A DNA stretch of 64,000 nt from Desulfurococcaceae archaeon (lineage in GTDB: Archaea > Thermoproteota > Thermoprotei_A > Sulfolobales > Desulfurococcaceae). A program made the position numbers and the translations under genes. This document shows positions 42,991 to 53,621 of the stretch, in pieces; position 1 is the first letter of the stretch, and the number at the start of each line of letters is the position of its first letter. The stretch covers positions 32,001 to 96,000 of the forward strand of contig JAWBBW010000002.1 in assembly GCA_038824035.1 (NCBI GenBank), given 5' to 3'. The notes below the pieces were generated by a model. That model made no database searches. It had not been told where the DNA came from and saw only the letters and a list, made by a program, of their open reading frames with translations.

Positions 42991-43040
42991 ATGATGATGC
43001 CGCTCCAGGATGATTACATGATTTATTCGCGACGAGCTGA
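42991..43040 (+). ncRNA. C/D-box methylation guide sRNA
   Basis: C ATGATGA, guide TGCCGCTCCAGG, D' ATGA, C' ATGATTT, guide ATTCGCGACGAG, D CTGA; both guides 12 nt and GC-rich; intergenic. Confidence 0.88.
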
Positions 43041-43090
43041 ATAATTTTAAGATTTAAACCCTTGCAATATGATTAATTTCTACATGATAT

Positions 43091-43175
43091 GCGGGGGTGC
43101 CCGAGCCTGGTCAAAGGGGGCGGACTTAAGATCCGCTGGCGTAGGCCTGCGTGGGTTCAAATCCCACCCCCCGCA
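43091..43175 (+). tRNA. tRNA-Leu(TAA), no intron
   Basis: GCGGA CT TAA GA TCCGC, variable arm, A73. Confidence 0.97.
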
Positions 43176-43337
43176 TTCAAATACGTGTTATTCATTCCAA
43201 TCGGTTAACACCTATATGGCTAACTTCATATAGATACGTCTCTCGTACGTACTTCATAAAATCGTGATCTAATAATTCAAAAAATAAAAAGTATAATAGA
43301 TATCCGCTTAGTTACTATTGAGTTAGAGGGGGCATGT

Positions 43338-44357
43338 ATGCATGAAATACGATGGAATCCACTGATAAGACAGTGGATCATAGTAGCTGAACACCGAGCC
43401 ACTAGGCCTTGGAGGCCGGAAGAAAAACAAGTCACTGTTCAATGCCCATTTTGTCCAGGTGCACCCGAGTTGAAAGATCTTGGCGAGTGGGATGTAGTTT
43501 CATTGCCTAATAAATATCCTGCCCTTAGACCGGATGCCGAGAAACCTGGTTCTTATGGTTTCAGCGAATACGTAGCCATCGAGGCAAAGGGTTATTCAAA
43601 GGTAATAGTTGAAACTCCCGATCACGAAGGAGATTTATACACATTAAGTCTTCCACATGTTTCCAAAATAATGGAGATCTTTAGACAAGAATACATAGAA
43701 CTTGGGAAAACAGGATTTGTCAAATACATTGCAATATTCAGAAATAAGGGTAAAGAAATAGGAGTATCGCTGACACACCCTCATTCACAGATATATGCGC
43801 TTCCATTTGTCCCGCCCAGAATAGTTGCTGAAACAGAGGCACTTAATGAATATAGATCAAGGACTGGTAAATGCTTATTATGTGATATCATAAAACATGA
43901 ATTGTCCGAGAAAGAAAGAGTCATATATGAAAACGCTGAATTCGTAGTAATATTACCATTCTATGCTATGTGGCCCTACGAGTTACACGTCTACCCTAAA
44001 AGACATATAAAATCGATATCACATATGGATATAGGAGAATTGATGAACCTGGCAGACGCATTAAGGGTTGTGACAGCTCTTTTTACGTCATTACTACGAC
44101 GTGATGCTCCATATATAATGGCGTTTCATAACCCACCACTAGAGGCAGAGAATAAAGACCTTGATTTTCATTTCCACGTGGAGTTTTATCAGCCATATAG
44201 GGATAGTGAAAAACTAAAATACGCTGCTGGAATAGAGTGGGGTTACTGGGTTTTCACATATGATGGCTCACCTGAAATTAAAGCTAAAGAACTGCGTTCC
44301 ATATGTATGGATACAGTGAAAAAAATCGGTGAGATTCTTGGCAAATGCAATGAATAA
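43338..44357 (+). CDS. galT: Galactose-1-phosphate uridylyltransferase
   Basis: RWNPL, CPFCPG, NKYP, SLTHPHSQ catalytic HPH motif. Confidence 0.93.
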   Translation: MHEIRWNPLIRQWIIVAEHRATRPWRPEEKQVTVQCPFCPGAPELKDLGEWDVVSLPNKYPALRPDAEKPGSYGFSEYVAIEAKGYSKVIVETPDHEGDLYTLSLPHVSKIMEIFRQEYIELGKTGFVKYIAIFRNKGKEIGVSLTHPHSQIYALPFVPPRIVAETEALNEYRSRTGKCLLCDIIKHELSEKERVIYENAEFVVILPFYAMWPYELHVYPKRHIKSISHMDIGELMNLADALRVVTALFTSLLRRDAPYIMAFHNPPLEAENKDLDFHFHVEFYQPYRDSEKLKYAAGIEWGYWVFTYDGSPEIKAKELRSICMDTVKKIGEILGKCNE

Positions 44358-45627
44358 AACAAAGTTCTTAATAGAGAAGTTTATAGAACATTACGGAAAC
44401 AAACCAGAGGTTATATCATCTGCCCCTGGACGCTTGGATTTCCTAAATACCCATCAAGATTATAAAGGACTCCCCGTGGTATCCGTTGCTATAAATATGA
44501 GAACATATATTGCACTGTCTTATTCAAGCCTTGGCCAAGAATCAAAAGTGATTTCGCTCAACCTATGCGAAGAAGGAGTAAAATGTATTGATAGATTTAA
44601 CGCCAAAGATCCAGAACTTGTTCCGGGGAAATGGTTTGGGAATTATATAAGATCGGTGTTTAAAGCATTGAGAAATAAGAGCTTCGACGTTGAGAGCGTC
44701 AATGTATTGATATATAGCGAGATCCCGATAGCATCAGGTCTTGCTAGTAGTGCTGCATTAATGGTTTCATTGTTGACAGGTCTAAATAAGCTTTTTGGCT
44801 ATGGATTAAGCTTAAAGGATATTGCTGAATTGGCATATCACAGTGAACACGACATAATGGGTATACCTTGTGGAAGGCTTGATCAATATGGATCCGCAAT
44901 GGGGGGAATTACGTTAATAAACACGAAACCGCCATTTGACACGGAGACCTTTAGCAACTATGAATGGGTATTCGTAGCAATAGACTCCGGGATAAAACAC
45001 AGTACGGCCGAAGTTCATTCCAGGAGGATCTCTGAATTAACAAACGCTGTTAAAATGCTAATTGACATGCAGGACCTGCCTCTTAATGTAAAATCTAGGC
45101 TTAGCTATGATATATATAATGTCGAGTGGGAAGCCATAAACATTGACATGATCGAGCCTTTCTTGAATAAAATACCAGTGATTGAACGCAATAGGTTCTT
45201 GTTCACATTGAAAATGAACTATTCCACTAAACTTGCCTTAGAGTTATTGAGGAAAAGAGATGTATCATCAATGGGCAAGATAATAATAGATTTCGTTGAA
45301 AGAGAATGCCCCGAGTGTGTGAGATACGCGATAAGGACCGATAACCTGATCTTAGCCTTGATCTCAAGTATTGTAAATTATCAACACGTTCTTCTAAGGG
45401 ATCTATATGATGTGAGTTTACACGAGCTAGAGGTCATTAGGAAAACTGCCTTGGAAAACGGAGCACTTGGTGTTAAGATATCTGGTGCCGGTCTGGGGGG
45501 TGCTATGATGGCCTTAGTGGATAGTTATGATATAGCCAATAGAATTGTAATGAAACTATCTGATGTGGCAAGGAATAGTTGGATTGTGCGAGTTGATGAA
45601 GGGGCGCGAATAGAGTTTATAACTTAG
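44350..45627 (+). CDS. galK: Galactokinase-like GHMP kinase
   Basis: APGRLDFLNTHQDY, PIASGLASSAA, CGRLDQ, KISGAGLGG; coupled to galT. Confidence 0.85.
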   Translation: MNKTKFLIEKFIEHYGNKPEVISSAPGRLDFLNTHQDYKGLPVVSVAINMRTYIALSYSSLGQESKVISLNLCEEGVKCIDRFNAKDPELVPGKWFGNYIRSVFKALRNKSFDVESVNVLIYSEIPIASGLASSAALMVSLLTGLNKLFGYGLSLKDIAELAYHSEHDIMGIPCGRLDQYGSAMGGITLINTKPPFDTETFSNYEWVFVAIDSGIKHSTAEVHSRRISELTNAVKMLIDMQDLPLNVKSRLSYDIYNVEWEAINIDMIEPFLNKIPVIERNRFLFTLKMNYSTKLALELLRKRDVSSMGKIIIDFVERECPECVRYAIRTDNLILALISSIVNYQHVLLRDLYDVSLHELEVIRKTALENGALGVKISGAGLGGAMMALVDSYDIANRIVMKLSDVARNSWIVRVDEGARIEFIT

Positions 45628-45654
45628 CTTGTTTTAATCTATAATGATTTGTTC

Positions 45655-45706
45655 GTGATGAAAACGGGGCCTGAGGTCTTTCATTGATGAAGGCATCCTA
45701 GTCTGA
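45655..45706 (+). ncRNA. C/D-box methylation guide sRNA
   Basis: C GTGATGA (45655), D' CTGA (45671), C' TTGATGA (45684), D CTGA (45703); four near-perfect boxes in 52 intergenic nt. Confidence 0.85.
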
Positions 45707-45782
45707 AGATTAAAAATCATATTAAACTTATTATCCTGTTTGTTGATGTATAACATACTAAACCAAGTGTGGGAGAGTGGAC

Positions 45783-46511
45783 ATGGGCATTTCAATGGCA
45801 GCTGCATATGACAGGGCAATTACAATATTTTCGCCTGATGGAAGAGTTTATCAAGTTGAATATGCATTTGAAGCTGTGAGACGAGGATGGACAACCATTG
45901 GTATTCGAACAAATACAACGGCATTAGTAGCCGCTGAGAAAAGGAAAATATCACCACTTGCAGATGAAAAGGCGATCCAAAAGATCTTTAAAATAGATGA
46001 TCATATCGGTGCAAGTTACGCAGGCATGGCTGGAGATGGGAGAATACTCATAGATTATGCAACACAACAGGCATTGCTTCATCGGTTTTACTACGATGAG
46101 CCAATCCCCGTAGAATATTTAACCAAACTTGTATGCGATATTAAGCAAGCCTATACACAACATGCAGGAGTTCGACCCTTTGGCGTTGCAATGATATTTA
46201 CCGGTATAGATGAGAAAGGAACTCAGTTATTCATGACCGAGCCGAGTGGCAGATACTTAAGTTACTTTGCAACAGCCATTGGAGAAAAAAGTAGCACTGT
46301 GCTTGAATTTCTGGAGAAGAACTATAACTATAATTTAAATGTTAAGGAATCATTGAAGCTGGCAATACGGGCTCTGATAAATATTATTGAAAACAAGCCT
46401 TACGAGGACTATATCGAGATTGGTTATGTGGATATATATGATAGAACATTTAAGATATTAACACATGAGGAGATAAAGACGCTCGTCAACGAGGTATCCA
46501 GACCCGGGTGA
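45783..46511 (+). CDS. psmA: Proteasome alpha subunit
   Basis: YDRAITIFSPDGRVYQVEYA, RPFGV. Confidence 0.97.
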   Translation: MGISMAAAYDRAITIFSPDGRVYQVEYAFEAVRRGWTTIGIRTNTTALVAAEKRKISPLADEKAIQKIFKIDDHIGASYAGMAGDGRILIDYATQQALLHRFYYDEPIPVEYLTKLVCDIKQAYTQHAGVRPFGVAMIFTGIDEKGTQLFMTEPSGRYLSYFATAIGEKSSTVLEFLEKNYNYNLNVKESLKLAIRALINIIENKPYEDYIEIGYVDIYDRTFKILTHEEIKTLVNEVSRPG

Positions 46512-46565
46512 TTTGTTCGTTTAAGGTTTTTAGGTTTTTAATATAAATTATAGCCGGTTGATCGC

Positions 46566-47261
46566 ATGAAAGATAAATATGTGATTGCTAGGTATGAGGC
46601 AAAGGGGCATAGATTCGAAGTACTAGTAGACCCTGAGTTAGCAATGAAAATTAAGGAGGGAAAACAGATCAGTGTGGATGACGTATTGATAGGCGACTTT
46701 ATATATAAGGATGCCAAAAAAGGTTTGAAAGCCTCTCCCGAGGCGTTAAAAGAGGTTTTTGGAACCGATGATCCACGCATTATAGCCCTGGAAATAATCA
46801 AGCACGGAGAACTACAGTTAACGGCTGATCAAAGGAGAAAGCTCATCGAGGAGAAGAAAGCCCAGATAATAAACTTGATAGCTAAGAACGTTGTGGATCC
46901 AAAGACGAAGCTACCCATACCATTGAAAAGGCTTGAACTAGCAATAGAGCAGGCGAGAATCAGCGTGGATCCGTTTAAACCCCCTGAACAACAAATAGAG
47001 CAAATAATATCACACTTATCTAAAATAATACCGATAAAAGTGGCAAAAGCATATGTAGCTGTCAAAATACCAGCCGAGCATGCTGGCAAAGCAAGCAAGG
47101 CATTACATGGCATTGGCACAATAAAGAAGTCTGAGTGGAAACGCGATGGAAGCTTATACTTAGAGCTGGAAATACCAGCAGGGCTTCAACAGGAATTAAT
47201 AGATAAGGTGAATGCATTGACCAAAGGATCGGGAGATGTTAAAATACTACATGTGGGCTGA
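46566..47261 (+). CDS. Ribosome maturation factor SBDS/Sdo1
   Basis: RFEVLVDP, FGTDD, GELQLT, DPKTKLP. Confidence 0.95.
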   Translation: MKDKYVIARYEAKGHRFEVLVDPELAMKIKEGKQISVDDVLIGDFIYKDAKKGLKASPEALKEVFGTDDPRIIALEIIKHGELQLTADQRRKLIEEKKAQIINLIAKNVVDPKTKLPIPLKRLELAIEQARISVDPFKPPEQQIEQIISHLSKIIPIKVAKAYVAVKIPAEHAGKASKALHGIGTIKKSEWKRDGSLYLELEIPAGLQQELIDKVNALTKGSGDVKILHVG

Positions 47262-47987
47262 ATGGTTATGAAGATCCTGGTGGCAGATAGACAATTAGTG
47301 AGGCCTGGTGATTGTATAGCAATATTAGAAGAGCCCATTGAACCGGGCTTAATTAAGCATATACCAGATAAACATGTCTTCATCGTTGGGAACAAGGTAT
47401 ACAGCGATGTTCTCGGTATCGTATATATCGAGGAAAGTTCGATCACCATAGTACCGTTGGAAAGCGTATATATACCTCGCAAGGATGATATAGTGATAGG
47501 AGTTATTTCAAGTATTGGAATAACGGCTTGGAATGTTGACATAAGATCTCCATACGAAGCTATTCTCCCTGCTAGCGATGTAATAGAGGGCTTTAACCCC
47601 ATAACACATAACTTAAGGAATTATCTAGATATCGGTGACATGATTTTAGCCAGGGTGGTATTATTCGATCGGACCAGGGACCCTGTGCTCTCTATAAAAG
47701 GAAAAGGACTAGGCAAGATAATAGAAGGTACTGTGATTGAAATAAAACCAAGCAAAATAGCCCGTGTTATCGGGAAGAAAGGAAGCATGTTAAACGTGTT
47801 AACATCTATGACTAAATGTGATATAACAGTTGCATTAAATGGATACATATGGGCAAAATGCCCTAATGATCGATCGCTACGTGCCTTAATGAAGGCGCTA
47901 AGACTTATAGAAGCAAAAGCACATATGCGTGGCTTAACCGAAGAAGTTAAAAACTTATTGGCATCTGAACTACGAGGTGTTTCCTAA
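47262..47987 (+). CDS. rrp4: Exosome RNA-binding subunit Rrp4
   Basis: [18 protein letters not shown] motif VIGKKGSM. Confidence 0.95.
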   Translation: MVMKILVADRQLVRPGDCIAILEEPIEPGLIKHIPDKHVFIVGNKVYSDVLGIVYIEESSITIVPLESVYIPRKDDIVIGVISSIGITAWNVDIRSPYEAILPASDVIEGFNPITHNLRNYLDIGDMILARVVLFDRTRDPVLSIKGKGLGKIIEGTVIEIKPSKIARVIGKKGSMLNVLTSMTKCDITVALNGYIWAKCPNDRSLRALMKALRLIEAKAHMRGLTEEVKNLLASELRGVS

Positions 47988-48721
47988 TGAGCTCGAAACC
48001 CGTGTTGATAAGAGAAGAAGATGGGAGGAGAATAGATGGTAGAAGCCCAAACGAGTTAAGACCTATTAGAATCGCTGTTGGAGTATTAAAGAACGCCGAT
48101 GGGAGTGCATTAGTCGAATATGGCGGTACAAAAGTACTAGCAGCCGTGTATGGGCCCAGGGAGGCTATACCAAAACACATAAGCCTGCCAGATAGAGCAG
48201 TTCTGAGAGTCCGCTATCACATGGCACCTTTCTCTACTAATGAGAGGAAGAACCCAGCTCCTACTCGTAGAGAAATAGAGCTTTCCAAAGTTATACGGGA
48301 AGCGCTCGAAGCCGTGGTATTTACTAACCTATTTCCAAGAGCGAGCATTGACGTTTTCATAGAAGTTTTACAAGCAGATGGTGGAACCCGTACTGCTGGA
48401 TTAACAGCTGCGTCATTGGCCCTTGCTGATGCCGGCATACCAATGAAAGACCTGGTGATCGGCATAGCAATCGGTAAAGTTAATGGCACATTGGTGCTTG
48501 ATATAAATGAGCTTGAAGACGAGTATGGAGAAGCAGATCTCCCAATAGGTATAGCGCCTAATTTGGGCGAAATAGTTTTGCTCCAATTAAACGGTGTTTT
48601 AACAAAAGACGAGTTCAAAACCGCGCTCAATATGGCATTTAATGCCGCTGAGATCATATATAAACTAGCCAAAGACGCGCTCTATAAGAAATATATGAAG
48701 ATGTTCGAAGAGGTGAAATAG
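47987..48721 (+). CDS. rrp41: Exosome exonuclease Rrp41
   Basis: [28 protein letters not shown]. Confidence 0.97.
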   Translation: MSSKPVLIREEDGRRIDGRSPNELRPIRIAVGVLKNADGSALVEYGGTKVLAAVYGPREAIPKHISLPDRAVLRVRYHMAPFSTNERKNPAPTRREIELSKVIREALEAVVFTNLFPRASIDVFIEVLQADGGTRTAGLTAASLALADAGIPMKDLVIGIAIGKVNGTLVLDINELEDEYGEADLPIGIAPNLGEIVLLQLNGVLTKDEFKTALNMAFNAAEIIYKLAKDALYKKYMKMFEEVK

Positions 48722-48723
48722 TC

Positions 48724-49593
48724 ATGAGCATTACACGTGAAAAGGATCTATTGGTTCCCAGGATACAAGCTGAGAACATGATAAAGATGCTTAAAAAAGG
48801 TGAGCGATTGGATGGCAGAGGACTATTAGATTACCGAACTATCACAGTGGTTTTAAATCCAATTGAAAAATCTGAAGGAAGTGCCCTCGTAAGGCTTGGA
48901 AATACACAGGTTATCGCTGGGATCAAATTAGAACTAAGTAAACCGTTCGAAGATAGACCTGGAGAAGGCATATTACAGGTGCACGCCGAATTTGTGCCCC
49001 TAGCGTCACCGTCATTTGAACCAGGGCCCCCTGATGAAAACGCGATTGAAGTTGCAAGAGTAATAGATAGATCTCTTAGAGAATCAAAAGCTATAAAGCT
49101 GGACGAACTAGCCATAGAACCCGGTAAAACAGTGTGGGCTATTTACGACGACATATATCTCATAGATCATCATGGAAACATAATAGACGCCGGCATGTTA
49201 GCATCTATGCTTGCACTTCAAATCACTAGAATGCCGCAATTAATACAAACAAACGAGGGCTATAAAATAGATAAATCCGTTAAAGAACGCCCGATTCCCC
49301 TTTCAACATTAGTTACGACTGTGACACTCGGCATATTCAAAGATATAATAATAGTAGATCCAACCCTAGAAGAGGAAGTATTAGCAGATTCGCTTGTGAC
49401 CATAGCTGTTGATGAACACGAGAGAATTTGTGGAATACAGAAAAGAGGTCATGCAGGACTTTCCAGAGAAATATTAGAAAGATCCATAGAAATAGCAATT
49501 GATAAAGGCAAATGGCTCATTCAGCAATTAAGAAAAATATTAAATAACCCATCAGAATACATGAAACCACTGTCTGAAAGCTATCAATGGTGA
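48724..49593 (+). CDS. rrp42: Exosome subunit Rrp42
   Basis: RLDGR..DYR, FEPGPPDENAIE, VDPTLEEE. Confidence 0.97.
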   Translation: MSITREKDLLVPRIQAENMIKMLKKGERLDGRGLLDYRTITVVLNPIEKSEGSALVRLGNTQVIAGIKLELSKPFEDRPGEGILQVHAEFVPLASPSFEPGPPDENAIEVARVIDRSLRESKAIKLDELAIEPGKTVWAIYDDIYLIDHHGNIIDAGMLASMLALQITRMPQLIQTNEGYKIDKSVKERPIPLSTLVTTVTLGIFKDIIIVDPTLEEEVLADSLVTIAVDEHERICGIQKRGHAGLSREILERSIEIAIDKGKWLIQQLRKILNNPSEYMKPLSESYQW

Positions 49594-49598
49594 TAACA

Positions 49599-49859
49599 AT
49601 GGGGAGGACAAAAGTAGTTGGAATAGCAGGTAGATATGGAGCTAGATATGGAGCTACACTTAGGAAAAAAGTAAGGGATATATTGGCTAAAAGGTATTCA
49701 CCACATATATGCCCATTCTGCGCCCACAAAGGACGCGTGATCAGAATTAGTACAGGGATATGGACATGTAAGAAATGTGGCATGAAATGGACAGGAGGAG
49801 CTTATTTACCGAGAACGGAGATCTCCAAAACTTTTCCTAACATAGTTATCAGGGAATAA
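49599..49859 (+). CDS. rpl37ae: 50S ribosomal protein L37Ae
   Basis: GRYGARYG, CPFC...WTCKKC, GGAY. Confidence 0.97.
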   Translation: MGRTKVVGIAGRYGARYGATLRKKVRDILAKRYSPHICPFCAHKGRVIRISTGIWTCKKCGMKWTGGAYLPRTEISKTFPNIVIRE

Positions 49860-49864
49860 AGCTA

Positions 49865-50422
49865 TTGATACTAATTACGACTTCGCATAGGCCATCTCCT
49901 CGGACAAGATCGTTTGCAAAAGACTTAGCCTCTGTCATACCTTTTTCCCATAAGGTGACAAGAGGGCATAAGACAATTCAGGAATTAGCCATAGAAGCGT
50001 ACAGTCACGGGTTTAACTATGTTCTAGTGATATGCGAAAAACGCGGCAATCCATCTAAGATAGATATATATAAAGTCAATATAAATGGGCAATTCATTAA
50101 TGGTATAAAAATCTATAGCTGGGTATTAAAGGGGGTAAGACTTTCACGTGAGATCCCAGGGGTCAGTAGGATTTATAACCCAAAGAGTGTATACGTAGAT
50201 TACTCTCAATGTATATCCAACGATTGTTTCCTGATAGCTGATACTATGATCAACATATTTCGTAAAATAATAACGGAAAACATGTATGACCTCAAAATAG
50301 TCTTAAATGATAGCAAATATATAACAATATCATGGCTAAGGCCAGATAATAGAGTCACTGGTCCCCGGATCAATGTTTTAAAGGTAATAGATTATGAGAG
50401 ACAAGGTCACGGTGATCGTTGA
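49865..50422 (+). CDS. Brix-domain ribosome biogenesis protein (Imp4-like)
   Basis: ITTSHRPSPRTRSF, RGNPS. Confidence 0.9.
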   Translation: MILITTSHRPSPRTRSFAKDLASVIPFSHKVTRGHKTIQELAIEAYSHGFNYVLVICEKRGNPSKIDIYKVNINGQFINGIKIYSWVLKGVRLSREIPGVSRIYNPKSVYVDYSQCISNDCFLIADTMINIFRKIITENMYDLKIVLNDSKYITISWLRPDNRVTGPRINVLKVIDYERQGHGDR

Positions 50423-50651
50423 GTACAAGATCGAAACAGGTTCATCGACAATAGCAAAGGCTATACAAGTCGCCCTTTTACCAGATATATCTCAAATACC
50501 CGGCGAATGTTCGTGTAAACTTGAAGTCCAACAAGACATCTTAACGATAATATTAAATTGTAGCAATATAAGTAAACTAAGGGCGTTGAATAACAGTTTT
50601 ATAGGAGTCGTTACAATGATGTTAGAGGTCTTAGAGGTGTTAGCACATTGA
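50394..50651 (+). CDS. KEOPS subunit Pcc1-like protein
   Basis: ALLPD, SKLRALNNSF; position between Brix gene and pfdB. Confidence 0.7.
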   Translation: MRDKVTVIVEYKIETGSSTIAKAIQVALLPDISQIPGECSCKLEVQQDILTIILNCSNISKLRALNNSFIGVVTMMLEVLEVLAH

Positions 50652-51013
50652 GTGAGAAACCACTCCCACCGGAAGTTCAACAGATGATTATACAGTATCA
50701 AACCATGCGAGACCACTATGCCAGGATCGACGCAGAATTAAAGCTTATTGAAGCAGAATTGAGCGATGTTAACAATATCCTAGATATATTAAGGAATGTG
50801 GGTGATGATGCCGAATTATACAAAGTTGTGGGACATGTGTTGATCAAAAGGAGTAAGTCAGATATAGTCAAAGAACTGGAAGAAAGAAAAGAGATCTTGA
50901 TAGTTAAAAGAGATAAGTACAAAAAACAACTGGAATTTCTAAATAGACAGATAAATGAGTTGGAAAATAGGCTGAAAGAACTATTAACAAAATATGGCAT
51001 AACAATCGGCTGA
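50648..51013 (+). CDS. pfdB: Prefoldin beta subunit
   Basis: LPPEVQ, coiled coils around YKVVGHVLIK. Confidence 0.93.
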   Translation: MSEKPLPPEVQQMIIQYQTMRDHYARIDAELKLIEAELSDVNNILDILRNVGDDAELYKVVGHVLIKRSKSDIVKELEERKEILIVKRDKYKKQLEFLNRQINELENRLKELLTKYGITIG

Positions 51014-51018
51014 GCAAT

Positions 51019-51315
51019 TTGACACCTAATATCAAAGAAATTTGTCAAAAACTAGATCTAGAAAAGCTGGAGAAATTGGCAATAAAGCTAGAAAATGAGA
51101 TACGTGAATATCTGCAACAAAAAATACCTGTGAAAACAGGTTTTGATATCGTTATTGGCTTAGTGAAGAGAAGTGAGGAGTTAACGTTAACCATAGATAT
51201 AAGAATAGAAGAGGGGGTTGCTAATATTTTTGATCACAACAAGATAATCAACGACGCGATAAATTACGCCAGGAAAAGATTTGAACATGGTTTGAAGGAA
51301 ATCGTTGCTGAGTGA
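51019..51315 (+). CDS. Hypothetical protein (DUF3194-like)
   Basis: 98-aa alpha/beta ORF after pfdB; family inferred from position and residue pattern. Confidence 0.5.
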   Translation: MTPNIKEICQKLDLEKLEKLAIKLENEIREYLQQKIPVKTGFDIVIGLVKRSEELTLTIDIRIEEGVANIFDHNKIINDAINYARKRFEHGLKEIVAE

Positions 51316-51408
51316 TGCTTTAACCGTCTGAACTTAATTAAATCTATATAAAGGTAATATGAATATTCGTCAAAATAGCGGGATTACTGCTTTAAAGGAG
51401 TGGTAAAA

Positions 51409-53619
51409 ATGGTGAGATATAAACAGACATCCGAAGTATTAAAAATAATGAAAAACATTGATCAAATCAGAAATATTGGTATCACAGCACATGTAGATCA
51501 CGGTAAGACGACGTTATCAGATTCGTTGTTAAGTGCCGCTGGATTGCTTTCCGAAAAACTAGCTGGACAAGCGTTAGCCCTTGATTACCTTGACGTTGAA
51601 CAAAAAAGACAGATGACAGTAAAAGCTGCCAATGTAAGTCTATACCACGAATATAGAGGAAAGCCATATGTCGTGAACTTGATAGACACACCGGGACACG
51701 TTGATTTCCAATCCAAAACTATACGTGCACTTAGGGTCATAGATGGAGCAATTGTAGTAGTAGATGCAGTAGAGGGGGTTATGACTCAGACCGAAATGTA
51801 TTTGCGTGTAGCATTAGAGGAGAGAGTGAGACCAGTTTTATTTATCAACAAGATCGATAGGTTAATAAGAGAGTTGAGATTATCCCCCAATGAAATTCAA
51901 CAAAGACTTGTACAGATAGTAAAGGACATAAATACGCTAATTTACAATTATGCTGACAAAGAGTTTCAAAAAGATTGGCTACTCGATCCTATGAAGGGGC
52001 AAGTTGCTTTTGGATCGGCAAGAGATAGATGGGGTTTAACAATTCCACAGGTTCAGCAAAAGGGGATCAAATTCTCGGACATAATAGACGTATATAACAA
52101 AGGGAGAGAACATGTCGTCGAACTACAGAAGATCGCGCCACTCCATGAAGCTATATTAGATATGGTTGTAAAACACATACCGAATCCGCGGGAGGCGCAG
52201 AAATACAGAATACCCAAGATCTGGCATGGAGATCCAAACAGCGAATTAGCGAAGTACATGATGGAGGCCGATCCAAACGGTCCTTTGATAATGTTGATCA
52301 ATGATATAAGAGTTGATCCTCATGCCGGCATAGTAGCCACAGGGCGTATATATTCCGGCACAGCTAAATCAGGAGAAGAAGTGTGGCTTGTCAACGCCAA
52401 AACAGCTCAAAAGATATTGCAAGTAAGTCTATATATGGGCCCATATAGAGAACTTGCAGATGAAATAACTGCTGGAAATATTGCCGCCTTATTAGGCGTA
52501 GATAAAGCCAGGTCTGGCGAAACACTGGTGTCCACGATGCATAAGGACTCTATGATACCCTTCGAAAGGTTACGAATGATCACAGAATCGGTGGTAACGG
52601 TTGCAATTGAACCTAAGAATCCCCAACAACTTACAAAGCTGGTGGATGCACTGTATAAATTACACCTAGAAGATCCAAGCTTGATAATCAAGATAAATGA
52701 GGAAACCGGGGAATATTTATTAAGCGGTGTTGGAACCCTACACATCGAAATAGCTTTAACATTGTTAAAAGATCTTTACAACCTAGAAGTCGTGGCCACA
52801 CCCCCTGTGATCGTATATAGAGAAACTATCAGGGACCAGAGCAAGATCTTTGAAGGCAAATCGCCAAATAAGCATAACAGGTTTTATATAAGTGTCTCAC
52901 CACTGGATGAGGTCACTATAAGACTAATCCAGGACGGTATTATAACAGAAGACATGGATCCACGAGAACGCGCCAAGATCCTCAGAGAGCAGGCCGGCTG
53001 GGATAGCGATGTAGCTAGGAGAATTATGGCAATAGATGAAAACATCAACGTATTAATAGATATGACAACCGGTGTTCAGTATCTAAGAGAAGTGAGAGAT
53101 ACTATAATACAGGGATTTAGGCTTGCAATGAGAGAGGGTCCACTAGCTCATGAACCAGTAAGAGGTGTCAAGGTGATACTCCATGACGCCATAATTCACG
53201 AAGATCCAGCTCACCGAGGTCCAGCACAAATATATCCTGCCGTAAGAAACGCTATATTTGCTGGCATATTGACCTCGAGGCCTACATTGCTGGAGCCAAT
53301 ATTAAAACTGGACATAAGAACTCCAATGGAATATATAGGGAACATCTCCACTATAATAACCAAGAAACGTGGAAAAATGATAGAAGTTGTACAAACAGGT
53401 AACTTAGCAAGAATTGTGGCTGAAATACCAGTTGCAGAGTCGTTCGACTTGGCCGATATGATCAGGAATGCCACAGCTGGTAAAGCTATATGGGGCCAGG
53501 ATTTCAGTAGGTGGGCACCTATTCCTGACACGCTATTAACGGACTTGATATCGAAGATACGAACAAGGAAGGGATTAAAACCAGAAGCGCCTAGGCCAGA
53601 AGATTTCATTAGCCTATAA
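51409..53619 (+). CDS. fusA: Translation elongation factor EF-2
   Basis: [21 protein letters not shown], diphthamide loop HEDPAHRG. Confidence 0.99.
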   Translation: MVRYKQTSEVLKIMKNIDQIRNIGITAHVDHGKTTLSDSLLSAAGLLSEKLAGQALALDYLDVEQKRQMTVKAANVSLYHEYRGKPYVVNLIDTPGHVDFQSKTIRALRVIDGAIVVVDAVEGVMTQTEMYLRVALEERVRPVLFINKIDRLIRELRLSPNEIQQRLVQIVKDINTLIYNYADKEFQKDWLLDPMKGQVAFGSARDRWGLTIPQVQQKGIKFSDIIDVYNKGREHVVELQKIAPLHEAILDMVVKHIPNPREAQKYRIPKIWHGDPNSELAKYMMEADPNGPLIMLINDIRVDPHAGIVATGRIYSGTAKSGEEVWLVNAKTAQKILQVSLYMGPYRELADEITAGNIAALLGVDKARSGETLVSTMHKDSMIPFERLRMITESVVTVAIEPKNPQQLTKLVDALYKLHLEDPSLIIKINEETGEYLLSGVGTLHIEIALTLLKDLYNLEVVATPPVIVYRETIRDQSKIFEGKSPNKHNRFYISVSPLDEVTIRLIQDGIITEDMDPRERAKILREQAGWDSDVARRIMAIDENINVLIDMTTGVQYLREVRDTIIQGFRLAMREGPLAHEPVRGVKVILHDAIIHEDPAHRGPAQIYPAVRNAIFAGILTSRPTLLEPILKLDIRTPMEYIGNISTIITKKRGKMIEVVQTGNLARIVAEIPVAESFDLADMIRNATAGKAIWGQDFSRWAPIPDTLLTDLISKIRTRKGLKPEAPRPEDFISL

Positions 53620-53621
53620 CA

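Noticed and set aside
43185-43211. GTGTTA-N15-TAACAC dyad upstream of galT as a sugar-regulator operator
   Set aside because: Only 6-bp arms, more than 120 bp from the start codon, and does not match the TATCAC-N5-GTGATA TrmBL1 motif.
45634-45819. 61-aa minus-strand ORF between galK and psmA
   Set aside because: Overlaps the C/D sRNA and the psmA promoter/start; no protein features.
51292-51331. Possible third C/D sRNA (CTGA GTGATGC TTTAACCGT CTGA)
   Set aside because: Poor C box, no spacer between D' and C', 9-nt guides with no recognisable target; partly explained by a stop codon.
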